DNA of 42,393 nt from a virus, in UHGV virus genome UHGV-0181047. One strand, given 5' to 3'. Below the pieces are notes generated by a model. That model made no database searches. It was not told the DNA's origin and saw nothing but the letters and a program-made list of their open reading frames with translations. Position 1 is the first letter of the stretch; each line of letters starts with the position of its first letter. Positions 15,845 to 25,391 of this stretch are shown piece by piece. Made by a program: the position numbers and the translations under genes.

Positions 15845-17113
15845 TTGGAATTAGTAGAATACAGCAGTTATAAAGAATTTAAGGCGGAAACAGACCGTGT
15901 TATGACCAACTTAAAAAGGGCTATGGGAGAGACTGCAATCGGGTTTGTGGAAATGGGATATCAGTTAAAATTGGCCAGAGATACGCAAGTTCTTCAGCAG
16001 AGCGGATATACCAGCCTGACAGCTTTTGCAGCAGCAGAGTATGATCTGGATAAATCATGGGTATCAAGGCTTATCGGGATCAATAACAAATTTTCAGAAA
16101 ATGGATACTCCAAAAAGCTCCGACCCCAGTATGAGGGCTTTGGTGTTGCAAAGCTGACACTGATGCTAAGCCTTCCGGATGAGCTGAATGAGGTTCTGAC
16201 ACCGGATCTGAGCAAAGCGGATGTGCAGGCGATCAAGGCAGAGGTGGACGAAGAAAAGAAGACCTCAGATATTGAGCTGTATCTGGAACAGCAGCAGGAA
16301 CCACCGCAAGAACAGGAAAAAACACTGTTGGGAAAGGCAGTCAAGATCATTCTCCATGATGATCCTGAACTGTATGGAGAGATCCACCACATTATCCACA
16401 CAGACCATAGAGCAAAAGACCTGGCAGAGGCTTTCGCACCGGCTGGAACAAAGGTAGATTTTGCAAGAATTCCGGGTGTAGGCCGTCTGGCTGTGTCTTT
16501 TAAGGGGGCAGACAGAGATATCGAAATAGTCAATGTCAGATCTGGAGCTAAGGAAAATGCAGACTGGGCAAGCCTGGAAGAAATCCTGATCAGATTAATG
16601 CCGAATGAAAATGTGAAAAGTGACTGGAAAGAAATTTACGGGGAAGAATATCCAGAAAAAGAGAAAGTTGCACCGGTACAACCAGGGACGGCCAAGATGC
16701 CGCCTAAGCCTACAAAGGAGAAAAGCAAGGTTACAAGGGCCATCACAGAACGGCCAAAGCCATCCCGAAAAACGGAGCCTGTACCAGTAAAGCCACTGCT
16801 TCATGATGTTGAGCCGTCCATACCGGTGCCGGATCCGATCCCAGAGCCGGAAACTCCGGAAGAACCAGTAAAAGATCCGGAAGCAGAAGAGCAGGTTGAA
16901 GGGCAGGACAGCATAGAAAACCACAGAGAGTGGATGCCAGTGCCAGCCCAAGAAGATCATGTCTGCTTAAGTGAAAAAAATGAGATCTTAAACAAGCTGC
17001 ATGAACTTCGGCGATTGATCATGAAAAATGAAAAAGCTGCAGCTTTGAGCCAGGCAGAGGAAGTTACAAGACTGATAGGAGTGTGGGACTGTGAAAAGCA
17101 TCATACAGACTGA
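15845..17113 (+). CDS. Hypothetical protein with Pro/Glu-rich low-complexity linker
   Basis: TTG start after AGGAGG; 422 aa; globular N-terminal domain then P/E/K-rich tract. Confidence 0.5.
   Translation: MELVEYSSYKEFKAETDRVMTNLKRAMGETAIGFVEMGYQLKLARDTQVLQQSGYTSLTAFAAAEYDLDKSWVSRLIGINNKFSENGYSKKLRPQYEGFGVAKLTLMLSLPDELNEVLTPDLSKADVQAIKAEVDEEKKTSDIELYLEQQQEPPQEQEKTLLGKAVKIILHDDPELYGEIHHIIHTDHRAKDLAEAFAPAGTKVDFARIPGVGRLAVSFKGADRDIEIVNVRSGAKENADWASLEEILIRLMPNENVKSDWKEIYGEEYPEKEKVAPVQPGTAKMPPKPTKEKSKVTRAITERPKPSRKTEPVPVKPLLHDVEPSIPVPDPIPEPETPEEPVKDPEAEEQVEGQDSIENHREWMPVPAQEDHVCLSEKNEILNKLHELRRLIMKNEKAAALSQAEEVTRLIGVWDCEKHHTD
16667..16683. repeat. Palindrome variant AGTTGCACCGGTACAAC
   Basis: inside CDS 15845..17113. 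Confidence 0.5.
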
Positions 17114-17435
17114 GAAAGAGTGCTATTTCTGCCATACAACCAGAATGCTGGAAGATCACCACATCTTTTTTGGAGAGAAAAACCGTAAATGGTCTGAAAA
17201 ATACGGCATGAAAGTGTGGTTATGTCATTATCACCACCGGGACAATGTGAATGGAGTCCATGGCCTGGCAGCTCAGAACAGGATGCATCTTGAAATACTT
17301 GGGCAGGAAATATTTGAAAAGAAATACGGGCACAAGAAATTCATGGATGTTTTTGGCCGAAATTACATAGACGAAGAGGAGCCGCGGGCAGAGGCAGACC
17401 CAGGGCAGGGATCACCGATCCAGTGGTTTGAGTAG
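17091..17435 (+). CDS. HNH-type nuclease-like zinc-binding protein
   Basis: CYFCH...EDHHI...CHYHH motif. Confidence 0.45.
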   Translation: MKSIIQTEKECYFCHTTRMLEDHHIFFGEKNRKWSEKYGMKVWLCHYHHRDNVNGVHGLAAQNRMHLEILGQEIFEKKYGHKKFMDVFGRNYIDEEEPRAEADPGQGSPIQWFE

Positions 17436-17445
17436 AGGTAGACAG

Positions 17446-17625
17446 ATGGATAACAGAAAACAGATAGAAATTGGTGACTACCGGGTACAGCAGGCATCAA
17501 ACCGGCATGTATCCATAGTGCATATGCCGGAAAAACATCTGGTATTTCATGCTGAGGTAGATCACTGGTGTAGTGAAAGTGAGTTAAAGGACTTCTGGAA
17601 ATATTTTGAAGAGATAAAAGCCTAA
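17446..17625 (+). CDS. Hypothetical small protein
   Basis: ATG 17446. Confidence 0.35.
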   Translation: MDNRKQIEIGDYRVQQASNRHVSIVHMPEKHLVFHAEVDHWCSESELKDFWKYFEEIKA

Positions 17626-17663
17626 AAAAGCATATAGACGAAAGCAAAACAGAGGAAAAAGCT

Positions 17664-17864
17664 ATGGAAAGTCACAAAGAAAGAGTTGGATATAAAGAGA
17701 AAGCTAGAAAAAAGAAAATGGCTGAATTGATCGATATGGAGAAGCATCCATCTCCTATGAGCGAAAGCTTCAGGCGGCCGGCATATGACGGCACGGTCCT
17801 TTGCCCAGATCCATCAAGAAGGACCAGAAAACAGGTATCTGCCCTGAAAAGGGATGATACATAG
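17664..17864 (+). CDS. Hypothetical small basic protein
   Basis: ORF only. Confidence 0.35.
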   Translation: MESHKERVGYKEKARKKKMAELIDMEKHPSPMSESFRRPAYDGTVLCPDPSRRTRKQVSALKRDDT

Positions 17865-18044
17865 ATAACTTGTGGTCAGGATCATATGTCACGATATACA
17901 CTCTGACCGATAATTTTACCTGGGCCGGGAGCCTATCACAGTCCTCCTTTTCCCGGCCCCAAAGGAGGGACCACAGAGCAGCACAAAAAAGCCCGCAAAC
18001 ATGAGTAATTACTAATAACGGCGGGAATTTGGAAAGGGGAAAAA

Positions 18045-18365
18045 ATGAACAAAAAAGTACAGAAAATAGAGCCGGAAGAAGGATACAAAGGTTTTCTTGC
18101 TATCCGCTGTGAAAAGTGCGGAATGCTGAATGCGTATTGCGGAAGAAAGAAGTCAGATCATTACAGGTGCAGATGTGGAGCGATCACTCCGCTGCATGAT
18201 CTGGTAAGGGTATATGTTTATTGCGAATGCAGGCGCAGTGCTGTATACAGGACCAATGTAACAGATCCAGTATTTGATATAAACTGCATTTACTGCGGCG
18301 CACCAGTAACAATGAAGTGGAAGAAGAAACACCGGTGCTATCAGACAATACCACATGTGAGCTGA
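18045..18365 (+). CDS. Cys-rich zinc-ribbon protein
   Basis: Four CxxC pairs (CEKCG, CRCG, CEC, CIYCG); GGGGAAAAA RBS. Confidence 0.45.
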   Translation: MNKKVQKIEPEEGYKGFLAIRCEKCGMLNAYCGRKKSDHYRCRCGAITPLHDLVRVYVYCECRRSAVYRTNVTDPVFDINCIYCGAPVTMKWKKKHRCYQTIPHVS

Positions 18366-18380
18366 AAGGAGAAAATAAAG

Positions 18381-18914
18381 ATGAAAATGGCAATTATAGG
18401 CGGAGTTGGAGCAATCTGTGTAATGGCAATGTGTATATTTGGAATCCAGTCCAGCGGAAACAAGGCAATCACATACGAACAGGCCATTGAGGTTGCGGCA
18501 TCAGATATCCGTGTACAAGAGAAGCGCCGTGAGGGCCTGCTGCCAAACCTGGTGGATACCGTAAAGCAGTATGACAAGCATGAGGCAGAGGTGCTTCAGG
18601 CGATCGTAGACGGACGCAGCAGGACAGCTGATATTGAAAATGCCACTACATCAATCGCGGCGGTGGCAGAGGCTTATCCTGACCTGAAAAGTAATGAAAA
18701 TTATAAGCAGCTGATGACAGAACTGGCAACTACAGAAAACCTGATAGCCCAGTATAGAAGCAATTACAACACACAGGTTGGTAAATATAAGAGTTATGTG
18801 AAAGGCTTCCCTACGCGGTATTTCCTTGCATGGACTGGGTACACACCAATAGAGTATGAGCTGCTTGACTATGATGCACCAGAGGATGCACCTGCAAATT
18901 TGTTTGGAGAGTAA
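18381..18914 (+). CDS. LemA-family membrane protein
   Basis: N-terminal TM then QEKRREGLLPNLVDTVKQYDKHEAEVLQAIVDGR, matching the LemA consensus. Confidence 0.7.
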   Translation: MKMAIIGGVGAICVMAMCIFGIQSSGNKAITYEQAIEVAASDIRVQEKRREGLLPNLVDTVKQYDKHEAEVLQAIVDGRSRTADIENATTSIAAVAEAYPDLKSNENYKQLMTELATTENLIAQYRSNYNTQVGKYKSYVKGFPTRYFLAWTGYTPIEYELLDYDAPEDAPANLFGE

Positions 18915-18916
18915 GC

Positions 18917-19630
18917 ATGGAGATAACAAAGCGGGAAGTTATTGCAAGCATCACGATCATAGCAGTTATGATGATCCTGGGATTTGTAATAGCGGGGAAG
19001 ATAGATGCATATCAGATCCGGAAAAACTCGGAGTATTACAAAGCCATTCAGATCACAGAGCCGGATCAATTCCAGTACTGCATGAACACATCTGTAGGGA
19101 GTGCATTTGTTTATGGGAAGCTGGAGGCTGTTGATCCAGTAACCTTTCCTGAAATTGGCGGCGCATATCTGCAGGTGGAAAGAATAGAAGAGCATTACAC
19201 CATGCACACCCGGACTGTTACGACAACAGACAGCCAGGGGAATACACATACCCGTACAGAGATTTATTGGACATGGGATCAAGTGGATAGTGAAGAGATA
19301 CATAGCCAGAGGATAAAATTTCTTGATGTGGAAATGGACTATCAAAAGATTGAAATACCATCGGGAGATTACATAGACACTATAAAAAAGTCTTCGGACA
19401 TCCAGTTTAAATATTACGGAACCCAGACAGAGTGCCAAGGGACGGTATATACAAATCTGAGAAATGGAACCATAAAGGATCAATCAGAGTTTTATACAGA
19501 AAAGGATATTGAAGAGACACTGAAATATAAAACGGCTTCTAAAACATGGTTGTTCTGGCTGATATGGATAGTTTTGACTGGTGGACTGGTATGGGGATTT
19601 TATTATTTGGATAATAGCTGGTTGAATTAA
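18917..19630 (+). CDS. Bitopic membrane protein paired with LemA
   Basis: TM helices at both termini, 4-bp gap from lemA. Confidence 0.5.
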   Translation: MEITKREVIASITIIAVMMILGFVIAGKIDAYQIRKNSEYYKAIQITEPDQFQYCMNTSVGSAFVYGKLEAVDPVTFPEIGGAYLQVERIEEHYTMHTRTVTTTDSQGNTHTRTEIYWTWDQVDSEEIHSQRIKFLDVEMDYQKIEIPSGDYIDTIKKSSDIQFKYYGTQTECQGTVYTNLRNGTIKDQSEFYTEKDIEETLKYKTASKTWLFWLIWIVLTGGLVWGFYYLDNSWLN

Positions 19631-19645
19631 AAGTCAGGAGAAAAT

Positions 19646-19903
19646 ATGGAATATTCGATGCTATGTGGTATGAGAATTATTATAGTGCAGGATGCGGTGA
19701 TTCAGAACAGAAGGCATAAGAAAAAGCGGATCAATAAAAAGTGGAGAAAGCGCTATGGTGTTTCCGTGCAAAAAAGAATGGAAGACGGACAAACTATAAT
19801 GTTTGGAGAAAACTTGTACATGAATAGTGACACATATTTGAAACTAAAAAAGGCAATATCACAGGATCAAATGAATTTGGAGGATAAAAAATATGATGAT
19901 TGA
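19646..19903 (+). CDS. Hypothetical basic protein
   Basis: ORF only. Confidence 0.35.
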   Translation: MEYSMLCGMRIIIVQDAVIQNRRHKKKRINKKWRKRYGVSVQKRMEDGQTIMFGENLYMNSDTYLKLKKAISQDQMNLEDKKYDD

Positions 19904-20324
19904 AATGATAGGAGGCGCTGCTATGCTGGAGCAACTGGCAGAGGAAGCAACGGAACTTGCCCATGCTGCACTTAAGGCCGCGCGGGCTATGAGAGGTGAG
20001 AACCCTACGCCTGTGACGCGGGCAGAGGCAGAGGGTAACTTACGTGAGGAGTATACAGATGTAGTACAGTGTGCCCAGGAACTTAACCTGGATGTAGATT
20101 ATATGCAAATTCAGGCCAAGAAAGAAAGATTTAAAGAACGTATAAATGCTGCTGGATATATGAAAATGGGATGTATATGGGTGCTGATCAATGAAGGATG
20201 CAACGTCTATAACACAGGATGCGGAAGCTATTGGTACTTGGAAAAAGGCACATTGAAGGAAAACAACATCAATTATTGCCCTGTATGCGGAAAAAAGATA
20301 AAAGTAGTCAGAAAATCAAAGTAA
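19893..20324 (+). CDS. MazG-like NTP-pyrophosphohydrolase domain protein with C-terminal zinc ribbon
   Basis: LEQLAEEATELAHAA...EEYTDVVQCAQEL MazG-like helical pattern; CPVCGKK at C-terminus. Confidence 0.4.
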   Translation: MMIEMIGGAAMLEQLAEEATELAHAALKAARAMRGENPTPVTRAEAEGNLREEYTDVVQCAQELNLDVDYMQIQAKKERFKERINAAGYMKMGCIWVLINEGCNVYNTGCGSYWYLEKGTLKENNINYCPVCGKKIKVVRKSK

Positions 20325-20340
20325 AAGGAGGGAAGGAAAA

Positions 20341-20760
20341 ATGATATTTGAGGAAGCAGCAATTATCATAGGCAACATTTCGGTTGATGGAACCGATAAA
20401 TGTTACACGGTGAGCGAATACCAAGAGGCAAAAGGACTTGCTGTAGAAGCTTTGGAAAGGTGGAAAGATACAAGGTGGATTCCGGTGGGGGAGAGACTTC
20501 CGGAAGATTGCGTTCCGGTAAATGTGACATGGATAAATAAAAATCCAGAACCTTATTATAAGGACATAAAAGATGTCCCATTTACAGATACTGCGGTTTA
20601 TTGTAATGAAAAGTGGCATTGGTGGTCTTCCACTTGTATTGATTATCTCAAAGAATATGGTAAATGCGACTGGGAATTAGTGAACAGGGATATTAAGATC
20701 AGGAGAAAGAAGAGATATGGGATATTTGAAAAAAATATATGGAATGGCACTGCTTGGTAA
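20341..20760 (+). CDS. DUF551-like phage protein
   Basis: WIPVGERLPEDCVPVNVTW matches the DUF551 core. Confidence 0.45.
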   Translation: MIFEEAAIIIGNISVDGTDKCYTVSEYQEAKGLAVEALERWKDTRWIPVGERLPEDCVPVNVTWINKNPEPYYKDIKDVPFTDTAVYCNEKWHWWSSTCIDYLKEYGKCDWELVNRDIKIRRKKRYGIFEKNIWNGTAW

Positions 20761-20962
20761 AACGCCGGAGGGAACTTGTCCGGAATGTGCAGTAAAGCAT
20801 GACCCGGAGCAGCCGCACAATCGGGATAGCCTTGCATATCAGTATAAATTTTATGATCAGCATGGGCGTTGGCCTACATGGTCAGATGCTATGGAGCATT
20901 GCCCGAAGGAGATAAAAGAAACTTGGACACAGGCTTTGAAAGATCGCGGTGTAAATGTGTAA
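20717..20962 (+). CDS. Hypothetical small Cys-containing protein
   Basis: ORF; start uncertain (20717 or 20743). Confidence 0.35.
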   Translation: MGYLKKIYGMALLGKTPEGTCPECAVKHDPEQPHNRDSLAYQYKFYDQHGRWPTWSDAMEHCPKEIKETWTQALKDRGVNV

Positions 20963-20982
20963 ATTAAGATTTGGAGGATGCT

Positions 20983-21270
20983 ATGAAAAAATGGGAAGAG
21001 AAAGAAAGCCCCGATGGCACCGTAATTCATACGCTTACATTCGGTCATCATGGGAATAAGCCGGAAGTCATAGCGGCACTATTCAGAGATTCGGAGGGAT
21101 ACTGGTTAACGACATCGGATTTACTCAATACATACTGGGATCAGTTGACTGATAAGGGAATGTGTGAGCATGATGCAAAAATGATGGTGGAAGAAAAGGT
21201 GTATGACTGTTTTGCGGATGAAAAGAGGTATTACGAGGAAATTTGTGAAGAGTTTGATATGGAAAACTGA
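20983..21270 (+). CDS. Hypothetical protein
   Basis: ATG 20983 after TTGGAGGA. Confidence 0.4.
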   Translation: MKKWEEKESPDGTVIHTLTFGHHGNKPEVIAALFRDSEGYWLTTSDLLNTYWDQLTDKGMCEHDAKMMVEEKVYDCFADEKRYYEEICEEFDMEN

Positions 21271-21291
21271 AAGTTAAGATTTGGAGGAAAA

Positions 21292-21798
21292 ATGGAAAAC
21301 TTAGAAGGAAAAAAGATTTTGGACGTCACATGCGGTTCAAAAACCATTTGGTTTGACAAGGACAATCCGGCAGCAGTGTTTTGCGACAAGCGTTGCGTAG
21401 AACTTGCTGGTATTTGGAAGTCTGGAAATGTCAAAGGAAGACGTACATGTATGGTATCTCCAGATGTGCAGTGTGATTTTACATCCCTACCTTTCCCGGA
21501 TGATACATTTCCGCTGGTTGTCTTTGACCCGCCGCATTTAAAAGATGCCGGGGAGACGGCGTGGCTGACAAAAAAATATGGTAAACTCGACGAGAATTGG
21601 CCGCAAATGATACACGATGGATTCTGGGAGTGTATGAGAGTGCTGAAAGAGGATGGCGTACTGATATTCAAGTGGTCTGAATGCCAGATCCCGGCGAAAG
21701 AAGTGTGGGATGCGATAGGCCAGAAGCCATTGTTTGGTCATCGGAGCGGAAAAGCATCAAAGACATTTTGGGGCTGTTATATGAAGGGCGTGAAATGA
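21292..21798 (+). CDS. Small DNA methyltransferase (N6-adenine/N4-cytosine class)
   Basis: SAM motif I ILDVTCGSKTIW and motif IV VVFDPPH. Confidence 0.7.
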   Translation: MENLEGKKILDVTCGSKTIWFDKDNPAAVFCDKRCVELAGIWKSGNVKGRRTCMVSPDVQCDFTSLPFPDDTFPLVVFDPPHLKDAGETAWLTKKYGKLDENWPQMIHDGFWECMRVLKEDGVLIFKWSECQIPAKEVWDAIGQKPLFGHRSGKASKTFWGCYMKGVK

Positions 21799-21826
21799 TT
21801 CAAAACTGAAATTTAGTGGTGAAATA

Positions 21827-22009
21827 ATGAATGATGAAGTGAAAGAAGAGATTATCACAGTACTTGAACTGCTAAAAACTTCTTTGGTGAGGAACCATGT
21901 AGGAATTGGGATTAGTGGAAGGAAGATTTTGTTTTTTGATGTCAACCATTATAAAAAAACAAAAAAATTCAATGGGTTTGAAATACCTATAGATGACCTT
22001 GTTAAATAA
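21827..22009 (+). CDS. Hypothetical small protein
   Basis: ORF. Confidence 0.35.
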   Translation: MNDEVKEEIITVLELLKTSLVRNHVGIGISGRKILFFDVNHYKKTKKFNGFEIPIDDLVK

Positions 22010-22272
22010 CAGGAGGAAGAAACCAGAATGATGTCATGCTATTTTGACAACGGTACAGGTTGGTGTGATTGACAGCGAAAGGGCAGAGGCGGCTTGTATA
22101 GAATTTGCTGGGGTTGCCCAAAGCTTGCCAGCAAGAAAAAAGAGAAAAAAGCCAGAGAAGATCCGGAAAAGGCTGGGCTACTTGAAGACTGGGAACAGAT
22201 AGTAGGACGTATCAAACGAAGTGGCTTTGATCTGTCCGGAATATGTATCACATTGAAAGAAGAATAAAGAGA

Positions 22273-22318
22273 AACGGCAGCTCACCCGCCAAGATGTCGC
22301 TGCCGTTTCCGGTTTTCC
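22273..22318 (+). terminator. Rho-independent terminator (10-bp stem)
   Basis: aaacggcagc...gctgccgttt ccggtttt. Confidence 0.45.
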
Positions 22319-22366
22319 TGAGTCCATTATAACCCGACTCAGGTATAAAATGCAAGGAGGATTATA

Positions 22367-23404
22367 ATGCACGAAGATATAAAGAAAGAGATTATCAACA
22401 ACGTAGTAGTAGCAATGTCTTGTTACATCAGTGATATGGATGTTTTAAATGTCCTGGAAAATATATTGAGTACCGAACTGATCCAGGTCAAAGTGGAGAA
22501 GACAAATTCTCTTCCATCGGAGTGGAAAAGCGAAACTGAAAAAAGAAATCAGTATCTCATCCAGCTTTTTATGATAAAAAAGCGAGGTCTCAGTAAAGAA
22601 ACGATACAAGGATATCTGAGGAGTGTGAAAAGACTGATGCTCATGGTGAGCAAGCCACTGGATCAGGTAGATACACTGGATATTGAATGGTATTTGGCAG
22701 CATATGAAAAGCGGCCAGGGCAGAGGAAAGAAAAGATAGAAAATTCCACATATAACAGCGAGAGGCGCTTTTTGTCAGCTTTTTATACCTGGATGAGGAA
22801 GGCAAAGCTGATAAGCGAAAATCCTGTAGAAGCTACAGAAGCTAAAAAAGTACCGCAAAAGCCTATAGATTACTTTGCCAGAGAAGAAATCATAAAGCTA
22901 AGAGATGCCTGCAGGAATGCCAGGGAAAGGGCAATGGTGGAAGTTTTTAGATCAACTGGTGCCAGAGTAGGAGAAATCGCTGATATACAGCTTGATCAGG
23001 TGGTATTTGATACTGGCAGCATACTGATATGCGGAGAAAAAGGCGGACGATATCGGACTTTGTATTTGGATGATGATGCACGGCATTACTATCAGATCTA
23101 CCAGCAAAGCAGGACAGACAACAGCCCATATCTGTTTACGCAGCTCAGAAAGCCATACGGAAAGTTAGGAAAGAGCTCTTACAGAAACATTTTAAAAACC
23201 ATAGGAAAAAGGGCGGGACTGACAGTAAGGGTATATCCGCATAAAATGAGAAAAACACTGGGCATGGACCTGAAAAACAGAGGGGTAGATATAGGCACGA
23301 TTCAGGAAGTACTTGGACATGCAAGCCCAGCAGTTACAAGTCTCTACTATGCTCAGTCAACCGAAAAGACTTTGAGGGATATAAGAGAAAGAGTTGCAGC
23401 ATAA
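22367..23404 (+). CDS. XerC/XerD-like tyrosine recombinase (second recombinase)
   Basis: 345 aa; ...RVGEIADIQL..., HKMRKTLG, LGHASPAVTSLYY catalytic region; own terminator upstream. Confidence 0.85.
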   Translation: MHEDIKKEIINNVVVAMSCYISDMDVLNVLENILSTELIQVKVEKTNSLPSEWKSETEKRNQYLIQLFMIKKRGLSKETIQGYLRSVKRLMLMVSKPLDQVDTLDIEWYLAAYEKRPGQRKEKIENSTYNSERRFLSAFYTWMRKAKLISENPVEATEAKKVPQKPIDYFAREEIIKLRDACRNARERAMVEVFRSTGARVGEIADIQLDQVVFDTGSILICGEKGGRYRTLYLDDDARHYYQIYQQSRTDNSPYLFTQLRKPYGKLGKSSYRNILKTIGKRAGLTVRVYPHKMRKTLGMDLKNRGVDIGTIQEVLGHASPAVTSLYYAQSTEKTLRDIRERVAA

Positions 23405-23414
23405 GGAGGTAGCA

Positions 23415-23723
23415 TTGAGGACCAGAAAAAAGAAGTTTAGTGATTACGGCATGACGGAGACAGAGGGTGTCAAAGTAAAAGCATATTGTAGGCACCTGAC
23501 TGAAAAAGAAAAAGCACTGTTAAAAGCTATTGCTGAAAAATCCGCTCCCGGTATAGGACTGGCTATCTACGAAAGTCTGATAAGCGGTGTAGGCTACTAC
23601 CAATTGTTGAAAATAAATGCAACATTGCCCAGCGCCAGCGAAGATTTTTACGCATATCGTAGAAAAACAGTAGCAGAATTTTACCAAAAGGTGATTAAAC
23701 CTGCAAATGTGCGGTTACCTTAG
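23415..23723 (+). CDS. Hypothetical protein
   Basis: TTG after AAGGAGG (or ATG 23450). Confidence 0.35.
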   Translation: MRTRKKKFSDYGMTETEGVKVKAYCRHLTEKEKALLKAIAEKSAPGIGLAIYESLISGVGYYQLLKINATLPSASEDFYAYRRKTVAEFYQKVIKPANVRLP

Positions 23724-23741
23724 GCAAAAAAAGACGATAAA

Positions 23742-24200
23742 ATGATAAAAGAAGGGCAGGTGAAATCCATGGCTGGAAGGCCTCCGAAATATAAAAGTAA
23801 AGAAGAGCTGGAAGCACGTATTGAAAAGTATTTTAAAGACTGCAAAGGAGAAATTCTCAGAGACGAAAAGGGTAGTCCGGTCCTGGATAAATACGGCACC
23901 CCCATAGTGATAGATAGTAGACCACCTACGATCACAGGTTTGGCCCTTGCACTTGGCTTTGCCAGCCGTCAGGCGCTGCTTAATTACCAGGCTAAAAAAC
24001 AATTTAATGACACGATAACGCGCGCGAAGGCAAGGGTAGAACAATATGCCGAAGAAAGGCTGTTTGACAGGGACGGATCACATGGAGCGCAGTTCAGTTT
24101 AAGGAACAACTTCAAAGGCTGGAAGGAGACAGAAGGAGAGAATGAAGATGCTCTTAAAAAGCTGGATGATGTACTGAAAGAAATCAAAGGAGCTGTGTAA
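23742..24200 (+). CDS. Terminase small subunit
   Basis: MAGRPPKYKSKEELEARIEKYF...PPTITGLALALGFASRQALLNYQAK, Terminase_2-like. Confidence 0.75.
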   Translation: MIKEGQVKSMAGRPPKYKSKEELEARIEKYFKDCKGEILRDEKGSPVLDKYGTPIVIDSRPPTITGLALALGFASRQALLNYQAKKQFNDTITRAKARVEQYAEERLFDRDGSHGAQFSLRNNFKGWKETEGENEDALKKLDDVLKEIKGAV

Positions 24201-25390
24201 TGCCGTTCAGTAAGAAACAGACAGAATATTTTGAAAATGCAATATGCAGATGGAACTTTAAAACCGGAGCCACACGTTCCGGAAAGACATACATGGATTA
24301 TTTTGTTATTCCCAAGCGGATCAGGGCCAGGATAGGAAAGCCTGGCCTGACTGTTATCCTGGGAGTTACGAAGTCGACTATTGAAAGAAACATCCTGGAG
24401 CCAATGCGCAACATCTGGGGGACAGCCCTGGTAGGTGAGATTAACAGCCAGAATATCTGCTATTTATTCGGAGAGAGAGTGTACTGTTTGGGTACGGAAA
24501 AGGCCAGCCAGGTATCAAAGATCCGAGGTTCTTCTATCAAGTATGTCTATGGTGACGAGGTAGCAGACTGGAATGAGGAAGTATTTGAGCTGTTAAAATC
24601 CCGTCTGGATAAGTCTTATAGCTGTTTTGACGGAGCACTGAACCCACAGGGACCAAACCATTGGCTGAAAGCATTCATTGAAAGTAAAGATTTTGATGTA
24701 TACAACCAACACTACACAATTTTTGACAACCCATTTCTGCCAAAATTCTTTGTAGAAAACCTTTGTAAAGAGTATGCTGGATCCGTGTACTACCGGCGTT
24801 ATATCCTGGGAGAATGGGCGCTGGCAGAGGGGCTTGTATACCCAATGTTTAGTCGTGAAAAGCATGTGGTCAGCGGGCCGGTAGAATACAAAAGAGGTCA
24901 TCTGTACTTTGTATCCATTGACTACGGTACGGTGAATCCATTTGGTGTGGGGATATTTGATTTTGATGGAAGAAAATCAACAATGATCAAAGAGATACAT
25001 TATTCTGGAAGGGAAAGCGGTGCGCGAAAGGATAATGAGGAGTACTACAAAATGATGGATGAAGCGATTGGAGATCTTCCGGTAGAATCTATTACCGTGG
25101 ATCCTTCGGCAGCCGGATTTATCGAAACGATCAAGAAGTATGCAAAATATATCGTAAAGGGAGCGGACAATGATGTTCTCAACGGTATTCAGGAAGTGAC
25201 AAAGTATCTGAATTATGGGCTGCTACAGATTCATGACAGCTGTGTAGAGACCATAAAAGAGTTTGAGGCCTATGCCTGGGATGAGAAAGCCGGAGGTGAT
25301 ACTGTGATCAAGGAAAATGATCATCATATGGACTTGATACGCTATTACATATGGAGTGTAGCGCGAATGTATAACAGATGGGTGGTGTAA
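24200..25390 (+). CDS. Terminase large subunit (PBSX/XtmB-like)
   Basis: Walker A GATRSGKTY; 396 aa; overlaps terS stop. Confidence 0.85.
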   Translation: MPFSKKQTEYFENAICRWNFKTGATRSGKTYMDYFVIPKRIRARIGKPGLTVILGVTKSTIERNILEPMRNIWGTALVGEINSQNICYLFGERVYCLGTEKASQVSKIRGSSIKYVYGDEVADWNEEVFELLKSRLDKSYSCFDGALNPQGPNHWLKAFIESKDFDVYNQHYTIFDNPFLPKFFVENLCKEYAGSVYYRRYILGEWALAEGLVYPMFSREKHVVSGPVEYKRGHLYFVSIDYGTVNPFGVGIFDFDGRKSTMIKEIHYSGRESGARKDNEEYYKMMDEAIGDLPVESITVDPSAAGFIETIKKYAKYIVKGADNDVLNGIQEVTKYLNYGLLQIHDSCVETIKEFEAYAWDEKAGGDTVIKENDHHMDLIRYYIWSVARMYNRWVV

Positions 25391-25391
25391 T

